Assembly: GCA_019745975.1 (NCBI GenBank)
Contig: JAIESQ010000013.1
Location: forward strand, 86,780-150,779
Reading direction: 5' to 3'
DNA from: Pirellulales bacterium
GTDB lineage: Bacteria > Planctomycetota > Planctomycetia > Pirellulales > JAEUIK01
Length of the DNA stretch: 64,000 bases
The translations under genes were made by a program, and so were the position numbers. The first letter of the stretch is position 1; every line of letters begins with the position of its first letter. The notes beneath the pieces are model-generated. The model did not search any database, was not told the DNA's origin, and saw nothing but the letters and a program-made list of their open reading frames with translations. Shown here in pieces: positions 1 to 9,600 of the stretch.

Positions 1-347
1 TCTTGATCGAGCGAAGATTCGAGGAACGGTCCTGAACTTCCAAAACCCGCGCACGCGATTAGGAGGCCGACATCAAGTTCCCGAGTGGCCTCCTCAAGTG
101 TTTCAATACCCGTCTCCTTGGCCAGGTCGAGACACACTACTCGACATTGACACCCGTGACTCGCGGTGAGCTGCGCTGCGAATTGTTCCAGAATGTCCTT
201 ACTGCGTGCGACCAGCACCAGATTGAGCTTGGCTTCCGCCAACAGCGAGGCCAACTCACGTCCGATCCCCGACGAGGCGCCGGTGACAACCGCCCACGGG
301 CCGTACTTTGCTTGGAATCGTTCCTGCCAGCGGGTTTGACTCTGCAT
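1..347 (-). CDS. short-chain dehydrogenase/reductase (SDR), N-terminal part; the 3' end runs off the window
   Basis: Not in the ORF track because it is edge-truncated. Reverse translation from ATG 347 gives MQSQTRWQERFQAKYGPWAVVTGASSGIGRELASLLAEAKLNLVLVARS..., which contains the TGxxxGIG Rossmann motif of classical SDRs. GAGAGG lies about 9 nt upstream. Confidence 0.8.
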   Translation of the reverse strand, partial: MQSQTRWQERFQAKYGPWAVVTGASSGIGRELASLLAEAKLNLVLVARSKDILEQFAAQLTASHGCQCRVVCLDLAKETGIETLEEATRELDVGLLIACAGFGSSGPFLESSLDQ

Positions 348-364
348 TGTTAATTACCTCTCAA

Positions 365-1927
365 CTAGTACTACAGCGCTAACTCGTGCTCCATCCGCAG
401 CGCGGCAGGTCGGTCATTCGGATGCCCAGCGCGGCGAGTGCTCGTCGTGTTGTTTTGCTGTGTGACTGACGTGCTTGGGCGTTGCGTCGCTGGGTGTAAG
501 CGATTTCGGCCGCGGCGGCTTCGAGAATTCGTCGCGCGGCCGTGCGTCCCAATCCCCACGAGCGCACCAGGGCGGCCGCGGCCGTGCGGACCTGGCAGAC
601 GGTCAGTTCCGGATTTTTCCCCCCCCAGTTGCTGCTGCATTTCGGAGAGGAACAAGTGGGTCACGGCCGTGATCGCTTGATGGCGCTTCAGACCCCGGTA
701 CGACCGCCCCTCGAAATGATCGAACCCCAGCTCTGTCTTCTGGTCTTCAAAGCAGCGTTCCACGCGCCAGCGTGAAAAACCCACGTGCAGGAGTTCTTTG
801 ACCGAAGTTTCGGGCGGCGCGTTGCTGACAAAGAACTTCACTTCACTTGGATTGCGCACGTTGCGGGCCACGATCAAGTGCAGCGGCTTGCCTGGCAGGC
901 CGTTCTCGTCCTTGGGTACGAGCAGCACGTGCTTGGTCTCCCAGACCACCGGCCCCTTGTGAGTGTCTTTGATGCGCCACCGCTTCCAGGCTTGGTCTTT
1001 CAAGGCAGGCGTCCAGTTCAGGTGATACTCGACGCTGTGCGCCGGAGCACTGCCAGCCGTCAGCCGCGGTGTCGTGCGACCACGTCCACGGCTCCCTTTG
1101 CGAAAAGGTCGATCGGTCACGCACGGCGCGCTGAGCCAACCCGTGAACGACCGCGGCACCTCCGCTACGTAGGCTTGTCCGCGCGCGTCCAATTGCCGCA
1201 AAAACTCGGGCTTTCCACCGTAGGCTTCGTCGAAGGTCAGGTAACGAAACGTCACACCATTGGCCCGCGCGCGATCGTACAAGGCCAGGGCAATCTGCCA
1301 CTTCGGCCGATACGTCATCTCGTCCGGAATGTGCGCCGCGCGGCACCGCGCGCGGTCTTCCGACCAGCTTTCCGGCAGGAACAACTCGCTGTCCAACAGG
1401 CAGTGGAAGTCATCCACCGCATAGCCCAAGTGGACCGTCGTCACGCAGTTGTCCTGCTTGCCTGTGGCGCCACACCATTGGCGCTGCACGCCAGGTGTCT
1501 TGTCTCCCTTCTTCGGGCACGAGGTCTCGTCGATCAGGCCAATCGAATCGTCACTGGTGTGATCCCGCGCGACGCGCCACTGCAAGGTGTCGATCAACTG
1601 CTCTTGGTCCCACTCCAGAAAGTTGAGAAACTGCTGCAAGGTTCGGGGAGGCACGCCGGCCGCCAGTGCGATCGGTTCGACGCTCTTGCGATCCAACTTC
1701 GACAACTGACCTTCGACGTAGGTCTTCAAGTGCCCGCGCGTGTCCGAGCGACCAAAGCAATCGCGGTACTCCTGGAGGTAGCTGAGCAACTTCGGTTTCA
1801 AGCGACGAATGGCGGTGGCGTCCATGCCTGATTCTCCCTGATGGTTCGACAACCGGTCCTCCGGCCTGCCACCAGTCTCGCCGATTCCGCCGCCTTCACC
1901 AATACCGAGTTAGCGCTGTAGTACTAG
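365..1927 (-). mobile_element. IS701-family-like insertion sequence (1563 bp)
   Basis: Perfect 22-bp terminal inverted repeats CTAGTACTACAGCGCTAACTCG at 365-386 and, reverse-complemented, at 1906-1927 enclose a single DDE transposase ORF. The outermost CTAG is palindromic, so it could be part of the IR or a 4-bp target duplication. Confidence 0.85.
371..1825 (-). pseudogene. IS701-like DDE transposase, apparently frameshifted near the 3' end
   Basis: The 493-aa track ORF has IS701-type features (RKSVEPIA..., LIDETSCPKKG, LTFDEAYGG). ATG 1825 has GGGAGA 7 nt upstream; the track start at 1852 is TTG. After a G8A5 tract (614-626) the frame becomes Arg/Gly-rich junk, while the +1 frame (ORF 379..567) reads protein-like. 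Confidence 0.75.
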
Positions 1928-3251
1928 GGAAGCATTTGCCAAAGGCATTCAAGAGCGACAATCGCCCCTTCACCCGCACTTTGCGTCGTAGGATCGCCCA
2001 AACAATGCTCTTCTCCTTGCGAAGGAAGCCCAGCCATGTGGCGGCGTCGGCCGTAACCGAGCAATTGGGGCTGCCGATCAATCCGCTCTGCACGGTTAGC
2101 GTTTCGTCGCGAATCGTGATGGTGGCTTGCATCGTCTCGGCGCCGGTAAATGTGAAGTGGTAGACAGCGCTGAGCCCTTTCGCCTGGCCCGCCTGAAAAA
2201 CGATGTGCATGCCTGACAGGAACCCTGCGATGCTCGACGGTCGGACACCGTTGACCCGTTTGGCGGTCTTGTGTGGGAACTTGCGCGCCACGTACTCCTC
2301 CGCATCGGAGTGGGGGACGACATAGATCGTCTCTTCCTTTTGCTGGAGCGGCTTAACCATTTCGGCAACGAATTCGGCGCGATCAGCCAGGAACGGCGCG
2401 ATCACCTCTTCGCCCGCCGGGCAGACGGCGAGACAATACGCCGCCTTGTAATTTGCTCCGAAGCTCAGGCTTTGCCACATCGACGCCGTCTCCTGGTCCG
2501 TCACGCGGTGGCGATAGGCCAGGGCGCTGGGGCTGTCGGCGATCTGCTCCACCCAATCAGTGAACCCGTTCATGAATTCGCGGTAGTTGTGCGTCAGGCA
2601 GGCGCTGGGATCGAAACGACCATCGGGCTTGATCGCCCCCACTGGGCACGCCGCCACGCACAGTTTGCAACTCAGGCAGGGGTTGTAGTCGATCGGTCGC
2701 GATTCGCTGTCCAACTCGGCGGCCAATAGAATTGTGCCGAGCAAGATGAAGTTGCCGAACTTCGGGTGGATGACGTTGCGGTGAATCCCCATCTGTCCGA
2801 GACCGGCCGCGACCGCGACGGGCTTGTGCGAAACTACCCAGATTTTTCCCGGGAACCCGTTCATCTCCATCGGGAATCCGACAGCAGCGTTCATTGCGCG
2901 AATACCCTCAGCTTCAAGCCGGCGGACAATTTCACGGGCGACGTCATTGACGTGGTCACCTGTGTGATGGAATTCGAGGTTGGCCACCGAGCGGGCGGGG
3001 CTACGGATGGGCTCGCGATTCATACGGCAAACGAGCGCGATGAGCGACTTCGTTGCTGGAAAGGCCTTGAGAATGCTGGCTCGCTCACCGGCGATGTCCG
3101 GACGATCGAGCGAGACGAAGCCGACGTCGTCCGCGCCACAATCGAGGCATAACTGCCGCAGCCAGGCGGTCGAAAGCGGCGCGGCGGCGGCCGCCGCCGG
3201 GAAGCGCCGTTTCAGGGCGGCCACGGTAGGGTGCTCTTCGAGTTTGGTCAT
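1896..3251 (-). CDS. QueG/reductive-dehalogenase-like 4Fe-4S protein with a C-terminal SCP2-like domain
   Basis: Cys clusters CLSCKLCVAACP and CLAVCP are present. The N-terminal region resembles epoxyqueuosine-reductase-type proteins, and the C-terminal ~100 aa are SCP2-like (AVYHFTFTG...KVRVKGRLSLLNAF). The likely start is MTKLEEHP at 3251. The last ~9 codons are encoded by the IS inverted repeat. Confidence 0.65.
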   Translation of the reverse strand: MTKLEEHPTVAALKRRFPAAAAAAPLSTAWLRQLCLDCGADDVGFVSLDRPDIAGERASILKAFPATKSLIALVCRMNREPIRSPARSVANLEFHHTGDHVNDVAREIVRRLEAEGIRAMNAAVGFPMEMNGFPGKIWVVSHKPVAVAAGLGQMGIHRNVIHPKFGNFILLGTILLAAELDSESRPIDYNPCLSCKLCVAACPVGAIKPDGRFDPSACLTHNYREFMNGFTDWVEQIADSPSALAYRHRVTDQETASMWQSLSFGANYKAAYCLAVCPAGEEVIAPFLADRAEFVAEMVKPLQQKEETIYVVPHSDAEEYVARKFPHKTAKRVNGVRPSSIAGFLSGMHIVFQAGQAKGLSAVYHFTFTGAETMQATITIRDETLTVQSGLIGSPNCSVTADAATWLGFLRKEKSIVWAILRRKVRVKGRLSLLNAFGKCFPSTTALTRYW

Positions 3252-3278
3252 AAAATCGCTCCTAAAATCGCGGGGACA

Positions 3279-3315
3279 CTTGCATTTTGCAAGTGATATG
3301 CTTGCATTATGCAAG
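3279..3315. promoter_or_regulatory. two tandem palindromes, candidate HxlR operator
   Basis: CTTGCATTTTGCAAG (3279-3293) and CTTGCATTATGCAAG (3301-3315) lie in the 57-bp divergent spacer between the 4Fe-4S gene and the HxlR gene. The second overlaps ATG 3309. Confidence 0.5.
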
Positions 3316-3716
3316 TGCGTCGTATAAAGTCAAGAGGAGTGCGGCAAAGCGGTGAAGCGAGGTGGAATTTGAAGACGAAGAGACGTTCGCCCTGTCCGGT
3401 CGCGTGTACGTTGGACCTAGTCGGCGACAAATGGACCATGCTCGTCGTGCGCGACCTGGCGAGCGGCAAGTCGCTTTTCAAGGAATTCAGTGCGTCGCCA
3501 GAACGAATAGCGACGAACATCCTGACGGACAGGCTCAACCGGCTGGTCAAGCATGGACTGGTGGAGAAGTACGGCTCGGCGCAGCAGCCGGGACGCGATG
3601 CCTACCGCCTGACCACAAAGGGTAGGACCTTATTGCCTGTACTCGGTGCCCTCGCCGATTGGGGACTGATGAACATCAAGGGCACGGAAGCTCGCATTAA
3701 GCTGAAAACGAGCTAA
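3309..3716 (+). CDS. HxlR-family winged-helix transcriptional regulator
   Basis: CPVACTLDLVGDKWTMLVVRDL...FSASPERIATNILTDRLNRLVKHGLV is a typical HxlR HTH. The start is uncertain; GTG 3339 is an alternative. Confidence 0.85.
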   Translation: MQVRRIKSRGVRQSGEARWNLKTKRRSPCPVACTLDLVGDKWTMLVVRDLASGKSLFKEFSASPERIATNILTDRLNRLVKHGLVEKYGSAQQPGRDAYRLTTKGRTLLPVLGALADWGLMNIKGTEARIKLKTS

Positions 3717-4260
3717 TTTCGACTTCGTATTGGGACTACCGCGGCCTAACAAGCCTTCGCGAACAACCACGGGCAGCACCCAATCCCCACTGCTTACGAT
3801 CGCGCGTCTGATCGCTCCTTCGTGCAGAAGGCCGATAACGAGCAATTGCCACTGAAGCCGATGGGATCAATCGTCTCGGAAAGTCGTCATTTCTGACACC
3901 GTGCCGTTTATGGACCCTTTGATAGGAGCCCTAAGAAACGGTTGGCTTGTTGCGACTGCGGCAGCTTTCAGTCTTACGGCACGAAGAAGCTGAGATGTAG
4001 CTCCGCATGTCGAAGATGAAATCGGTTCCACTGATCGACTGAAAGGCGGCCGATGACGGGGTGCGGAACGCGGCGAGTTTCCACGGCTAGTCGCTTGATA
4101 CCCTGCCTTAAGCGATGTGCTCTAAGCTAATCCGAATCAGCCGTTTGCCCTAGTCTCTGCTCGCGAGGTGGTTCCCGAGATTAAAGTGCGATTCGTCGAA
4201 ACATCGTTGGACCGCCCACTACAGCTTCGCTCATAGCGGTATTCTAGCCGGGGGCGGAGG

Positions 4261-4353
4261 TCATAGGCGGCGACTTTGAATTGCCCTGAACACAGCGCAG
4301 CCCAGCAAGCCACCAGCTGCCATCAAGAACAACATTCCAAACATGGTGAGCAT
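4261..4353 (-). CDS. possible 30-aa hydrophobic peptide
   Basis: My own translation gives MLTMFGMLFLMAAGGLLGCAVFRAIQSRRL with GGAGA 6 nt upstream of the ATG. It is below the ORF-track size cut-off and has no other support. Confidence 0.2.
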   Translation of the reverse strand: MLTMFGMLFLMAAGGLLGCAVFRAIQSRRL

Positions 4354-5439
4354 AGTATTCTCCGGCTAGGGGCGGGATTTCAGCAGCCATTCTATCAGCT
4401 AAGAGGTCTCACGCTTCGGCAAATCCCATATCGACTTCCGCGGTGACGTCGGCTTGGGAATTGCCCCCCAGCGGTAATGGACAATGGGGATTGATTCTAG
4501 CGATTTCCGGAGGCCAATACAGACGCGAGCCCCTCCAGAATCGGACCAACAAAGGCAGCGGGAACGCCTTCTTTCGTCCCATCATCTTCGGGGCCAGCTC
4601 AGGTACCCTCCACGAGTTCTTGAGGCCAGGACGCACACCGAATTGCGATCAGCTTTGCACAGCGGGCCAGCCATAAGTGTGCGGATTTTGTTTTGCCGCC
4701 CCCATGACTACATGTCCCAGGTTCATCCGCAGGCACAGCAGTAAAAGAATTCCTCCCGTCCAGGCATGTCTAATCGTTGGGCAAAGAATTGCATGCGCGA
4801 CTCTTTGCAGTTAGGGCAATCGTAGATTGGCCGATCGGGGGCGAGCCCGCACGCGCGGCGGTTCAATGACTCGTCGGTGGTGGCGGCACGGCCGTTTGAG
4901 GCGAGGAGCATCCGCGCAGCTTACCCCTGCGGAGCTTGTAGAAGCGCGGAATTCCTGTGTTTGCGCGAATAATAGACAAATAAGGATCTCGAATCACGCA
5001 AGTTTCGAAGTTATCGACTCCGGAAGCCCCATACCCCCAAGGATGTGCCGTCTTCAAGCAAAAGGAGACGCTTCCAAGAATCCTTCGTTTGATGCCGAGG
5101 AATGTCGCAACCGAAGAACAGGCCTTAAGCTAGGGAGTCACCGTCGCAAGAACTCGACTTCGAAATCAAAGTCCCAAGAAACGTTGAATTCGGCGATTGA
5201 TAAGACACGAGAATTCTTGCCCCTCTAGGGTCAAACCTGGACCCTACGACGTTCGCCGCAGATTTTGGACTCATTGACCGGTGACGCTCAGGAGGGCGTG
5301 TCCTGTGCGCGAAGGGATTGTGGCTGCCGCGCAGTTTTCTACAACACCGGCGTGGGAAGGTGAACGGAGACTGGCGACATCAAAGCCCGATCGCTCGGGT
5401 TGTGCGTCGGCTTTGAGACACGCCATCAAGCTATCCATT

Positions 5440-6666
5440 TTATCTGCCCTTGACACGAAGGAACCTGTCCCGAAGCGCAGTTCGGGAGCACTCAATCGCT
5501 GGAGTCGCGGTCAAGCCCGCAGGAAACGAAGAGTTGCGGGGAGCCGTGCGAACGTCGAACATCGTCGACTCGTCAAAGTTGAACAGACTCTTGAAGCCCA
5601 AAGCGCTTGTGTCGGTAATTGGGAATCTGGGCGGCGGGAAGTAATTGTCAAACGCCAGGTTCAGGCCGCCTCCCTCCACCACAATTCCGGCGTTGATGGT
5701 TCCGCCGGTGAAGTGGATTCCTTGCGAATCGACCAGTCGAATAATTCCGCCGGTCGGCGGGTCGCCATAGATGTGGCAGCCACTTAAGGTGTAGCCCTGG
5801 TCGACGCTCTCCGCTTGGACGTTGAAGAGTTTGTTGTGGTTGATATTTGAGGCTGCGATGATGCCGTGCCCGCTATTGAATCCCGGCAGCAAGTGGATGC
5901 CAATTCGGTTGTCGACGACATTCGCAGCGGTGACGACGTTGTTGCCGCCTATGATTTCGGCGGCGGTATCATTGCCGTTAAACGACAGGAGCGTGAAGAG
6001 GTTGTATTCGGCCGTGCCCGCTTCGCCAAGATGCAAGCCTACGCCGTTGTTGACGAAGGAGACAAAAGCGAATTGCCCCTGGTCTCCGCGGCGCTTGGGT
6101 TGACCGGCGCCCTGAACGATGTGGATGCCATATCCCTTGAAATCCTTGACGGTGAGCTTATCGACGATGAATCGATTGCAGTTGGAAATGAACAGCCCCG
6201 CTTCCTGACCTGGTTCGTCGGCGGCAGTTCTGGTTCCCGCTAGTGTGAGCGGGCCTTGAAGCGTCCAGTCGTCCACGTCCATTGCCGACAAGATCGGCAG
6301 ATTATCGACTCTGTGAGTAATCGTGGCTCCCTCCGCTCGGAGGACGAGGCCGGTGGTCATCTTCAGCGTGCGATTGACAACGTAGGTGCGCTTTGGAATC
6401 ACGACAGTGGCGTTCTGTCTGGTTGCGTCCGCGAACGCTGCGGCAAACGCGGGCCCATCATCGGTGACGCCATCTCCGCGAGCGCCATAGTCAAGCACAT
6501 TGACGTCGCCACTATTCGACCGCAGGAGGGCGACGAACCGTTGTGGCATGGTGTGCCAGAGCGTGAAAACAAATGGCATGCCATAGAGCAAGATGAATCC
6601 GGCCGCGATCAGCAAGCGTGTTCGCGTGATCTTATGCTTGAGGCTCGGCCGAAGACTCGATTTCAT
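5440..6666 (-). CDS. membrane-anchored right-handed beta-helix (pectate-lyase-superfamily / tailspike-like) protein
   Basis: The DYGARGDGVTDDGPAF motif is typical of the Pectate_lyase_3 / GH28-related N-terminus. It is followed by repetitive beta-helix-like segments (NN..G, IH..G) and preceded by an N-terminal TM segment. Confidence 0.65.
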   Translation of the reverse strand: MKSSLRPSLKHKITRTRLLIAAGFILLYGMPFVFTLWHTMPQRFVALLRSNSGDVNVLDYGARGDGVTDDGPAFAAAFADATRQNATVVIPKRTYVVNRTLKMTTGLVLRAEGATITHRVDNLPILSAMDVDDWTLQGPLTLAGTRTAADEPGQEAGLFISNCNRFIVDKLTVKDFKGYGIHIVQGAGQPKRRGDQGQFAFVSFVNNGVGLHLGEAGTAEYNLFTLLSFNGNDTAAEIIGGNNVVTAANVVDNRIGIHLLPGFNSGHGIIAASNINHNKLFNVQAESVDQGYTLSGCHIYGDPPTGGIIRLVDSQGIHFTGGTINAGIVVEGGGLNLAFDNYFPPPRFPITDTSALGFKSLFNFDESTMFDVRTAPRNSSFPAGLTATPAIECSRTALRDRFLRVKGR

Positions 6667-6776
6667 TGTTCGCTCAAGTGTCTGTTCTCCGTGCTATTCG
6701 CATTCATTGCCACAGGGGGCGACGATTGTCACCTCGAATCTCTGTTGATCGCAGCCTCAGGATGCGCCAATTGTGC

Positions 6777-7796
6777 TTAGTAGCGCAGCACATAGGCCGG
6801 CGACTTGCTGAGCCGGTCGCGATTCCTGATGTACGTCAGCGTTGTCCTCGGGTCGGCGTGGCCAGCGAAGTCTTGTAGGTCGATGATATCGCTCCCTTGC
6901 TGGCGGGCGGTTGTCAGGGCCGTAACGCGGAATGAGTGGACCGTCACGTTCGGATCGAGGCGTAGATGTCGGACATACCTCTCAACCAACTTCTGAATAG
7001 CCCGCCTGGTAATTGGCTTCGCTACGAACCCCGTGGTGCCATTGGATCGGGCTGCCGTGCCGGGTCGAAACATCGGTCCAGTTGACTCTTGCCGAATACG
7101 AGCGGCATCGAGCCACGCTTCCAACCGCTCGGCCGCTTCGAGATGCAGTGGAACGCGGCGTTCCTTGCCCCCCTTCCCATGCACCTCAAGAATCTTGTGG
7201 ACGCCGGTGGTCTTGTAGCTGCCGACCTTGAGTCGTGTCAGCTCGCCGACGCGGCAGCCTGTATAGGCCAGGACGGCAAAGATGGCGCGATCGCGGACGC
7301 CGGCTGGCGTCACCTCGGAAGGCGCTTCAAGAAGTCGGCGACAATCCTCGGGTGTGAGCCCAACGGTCTTCCCGTCGCGCGGCGCCGACGGCGCAGCCAC
7401 GAAATCGGAATGCGCGGGATTGGCTCCCACAAATCCATAGGTCTGCAAATAGGAAAAGAGGGACCGCAATACCGTTAGCTTACGGCGAATGGAGCTGTTT
7501 GTGAGTCCCTGTGCTGCCAGGTGATCGCGCCAGCCCGCAACGTGATGCGGTCGTATGGCCGCAAGCTGGTCAACGTCGTTCGTGGGGTGACCGCAGAAAG
7601 TCAAGAATTGGCCGAGGTCCCGATCGTAGTTGGACCGCGTGTCCTGCGATGGCGATTTAAGAATCCAAGCTCGGGATGCTTCCTGAATGGGAGTCGTCGG
7701 ATCGGTCGCAATGATCGACGACGAATGGTTAACGATCGTCAACGATTTGGACGTTGGTGGTTGGGCAAGTTCGTTCGGGTCCATCGGATCGGTCAT
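6777..7796 (-). CDS. tyrosine recombinase / integrase
   Basis: The C-terminal catalytic region has AYTGCRVGEL (Arg), HSFRVTALT (HxxR) and GHADPRTTLTYI (His...Tyr). Confidence 0.85.
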   Translation of the reverse strand: MTDPMDPNELAQPPTSKSLTIVNHSSSIIATDPTTPIQEASRAWILKSPSQDTRSNYDRDLGQFLTFCGHPTNDVDQLAAIRPHHVAGWRDHLAAQGLTNSSIRRKLTVLRSLFSYLQTYGFVGANPAHSDFVAAPSAPRDGKTVGLTPEDCRRLLEAPSEVTPAGVRDRAIFAVLAYTGCRVGELTRLKVGSYKTTGVHKILEVHGKGGKERRVPLHLEAAERLEAWLDAARIRQESTGPMFRPGTAARSNGTTGFVAKPITRRAIQKLVERYVRHLRLDPNVTVHSFRVTALTTARQQGSDIIDLQDFAGHADPRTTLTYIRNRDRLSKSPAYVLRY

Positions 7797-7949
7797 GGTT
7801 CACCTAAAGTGGGTTGAACTAAACCGCTACGCGGTGGGTGAGGGTGCTGTACGGTTCGAGAGACAGGGCGATGTTTCAACTGAGACGGCGCTGTCAGCCG
7901 GGTCGACTCTCTGAACTGCATGCAGCAGTCGCGATTCTCTTCGATGCCG

Positions 7950-8483
7950 TTAGGTATCGCCTCCTAACACACCGTCACCCGTAATGACGAAGTGAGAGCC
8001 GTCGTCCCGGTGACCAAAGAGTCGCCAGTGCTCTGAGTACTCACCGCGACGTGAATCACATGGGAACGCTTCGAGCCCGAAGTCGCCACCCAGTGAAATC
8101 TGAAAGCCGCCGTAGTTGTCGCCGCAGGCGCTGACGACCTTCAGCGGCCTAAGCAAGCGTTGTGCGAACCATTCGAGCTGAACGACATCGAGCACCGAAG
8201 GGTTCTTGTCCCAGTCGAAATCGTCCCATGGGATGGCATCATCTGCGGGGTAGAGCAGGTCGTCACGTCCAAAAACAATGCTGTTAGCATCAACCAGTCG
8301 CCAACGACACTGAATGTGCAAGGAGAGCTGAGACACTTCGACCACCTCGCCTTTGCGATTCGTCTTCTTTTGGAGCGTGCCGAATCCAAACATCTGCATA
8401 TTGGCAGCTCGCGAACATTCGACGATCGGCTGGCCGACGAGCGAGCCCAATTCCGTGGTGATGCGTTCGGCAAGAGTGATCAT
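7950..8483 (-). CDS. hypothetical protein
   Basis: This 177-aa ORF has protein-like composition, but I recognise no domain. Confidence 0.45.
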   Translation of the reverse strand: MITLAERITTELGSLVGQPIVECSRAANMQMFGFGTLQKKTNRKGEVVEVSQLSLHIQCRWRLVDANSIVFGRDDLLYPADDAIPWDDFDWDKNPSVLDVVQLEWFAQRLLRPLKVVSACGDNYGGFQISLGGDFGLEAFPCDSRRGEYSEHWRLFGHRDDGSHFVITGDGVLGGDT

Positions 8484-8731
8484 CGGTAACGGCTCATCTT
8501 ATTTCGTTTCGTGCGGGAATTGGGCACATATGCCAGCAAATTGCTGATGCAGTCACAAATTCTCTCTTCCATAGTGACTGCCTGCTCGTGAATCAGATCA
8601 GCGAACCACGGGGGGCGGTGATAGTGCTCACGGTTGTATCGGTTGTAGGGACTTGCGCGCCGAGGTCAAGCGAATCAGGCTGAAGGAGAAGCGTGCAGCA
8701 TCTGTCTGTCCTATCTTTCGGAGCCTCGACC

Positions 8732-9583
8732 ATGACTGCGTTGCGCCAACGACTCATCGACGATTTGCAATTGAGGAACTTTTCACCAAAGACGCAACAG
8801 GCGTATGTGCAGGCGGTAGCGCGGTTCGCGCGGCACTTCAGGGCCTCGCCCGATCGGCTCGGGCCTGAGCAAGTTCGACAGTATCTCTTGTACCTGGTGA
8901 AAGAGAAGCACGCCGGATGGAGCACGTACAACGTCGCGCTCTGCGCGCTGCGGTTCTTCTACCAGACGACGTTGGGGCGGACGGCGCTGTTGGACGGCAT
9001 TCCCTGCCCGAAGGAGCCGAAGCGGCTGCCGGTGGTCCTGAGCCGCGACGAGGTCACGCAGTTTCTGGCGGCCGCGCCACGGTTCAAGTCGCGCGTGATG
9101 CTCACCCTGGGTTACGCCGCAGGGTTACGGGTTTCGGAGATTGTGGCACTGGAAGTAGGCGACATCGACAGTCGCCGAATGGTGCTGCGCATTCGCCAAG
9201 CGAAGGGGCGCAAGGACCGCTACGTGATGCTCTCGCCCAAACTGCTGGAGTTGCTGCGAACATACTGGAAGCGGGCACGGCCGAGACCGTGCGGCAACCT
9301 GTTCGCCAGTCGCACCGGCAAGCCGCTTTCGACTCGCACGGTGATTGTGACTTGTCGGCGAACGTTGCAACGGTCGAGACTCGCCAAGCACGTGACCGTG
9401 CACACCCTGCGGCACAGTTTTGCTACGCACCTGTTGGAAGCGGGGGTCGACCTGCGGACCATCCAGGTTCTCTTGGGACACCGCAGTCTGAAGACGACCG
9501 CCATCTATACGGCGGTATCGACCGAGCGGATCATGTCGGTGACCAGTCCCTTCGACGCGCTGGCGCCGATCGAAACGACGTAG
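8732..9583 (+). CDS. tyrosine recombinase (integrase type commonly paired with IS91-like transposases)
   Basis: The sequence reads MTALRQRLIDDLQLRNFSPKTQQAYV... with the catalytic motifs GLRVSEI, HTLRHSFATHLLE and LLGHRSLKTTAIYT. Confidence 0.85.
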   Translation: MTALRQRLIDDLQLRNFSPKTQQAYVQAVARFARHFRASPDRLGPEQVRQYLLYLVKEKHAGWSTYNVALCALRFFYQTTLGRTALLDGIPCPKEPKRLPVVLSRDEVTQFLAAAPRFKSRVMLTLGYAAGLRVSEIVALEVGDIDSRRMVLRIRQAKGRKDRYVMLSPKLLELLRTYWKRARPRPCGNLFASRTGKPLSTRTVIVTCRRTLQRSRLAKHVTVHTLRHSFATHLLEAGVDLRTIQVLLGHRSLKTTAIYTAVSTERIMSVTSPFDALAPIETT

Positions 9584-9600
9584 ATCGCGCGAAGGCCGAG

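Noticed and set aside
785-1831. 348-aa plus-strand ORF
   Set aside because: It is antisense to the IS701-like transposase and has Arg/Ala/Gly-rich shadow-frame composition typical of high-GC DNA.
4868-4886. Candidate distal att repeat for the ssrA island (GTGGTGGCGGCACGG vs GTGGAGGCGGCGGGA of the tmRNA 3' end); also GAATCGGACC near 4538-4547
   Set aside because: The match is only about 12 of 15 positions in GC-rich sequence, with no extension into the T-arm sequence. It is indistinguishable from chance by eye.
4723-4911. 62-aa ORF with CPNC...CCAC (zinc-ribbon-like)
   Set aside because: It has no RBS and no recognisable family, and it sits in an ORF-poor region. I kept it only as a remark under a finding.
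8917-9600. N-terminal 228 codons of the 631-aa track ORF
   Set aside because: This part overlaps the integrase gene in another frame and reads as low-complexity Arg/Gly/Ala sequence. IS91-type homology only begins at GTG 9601.
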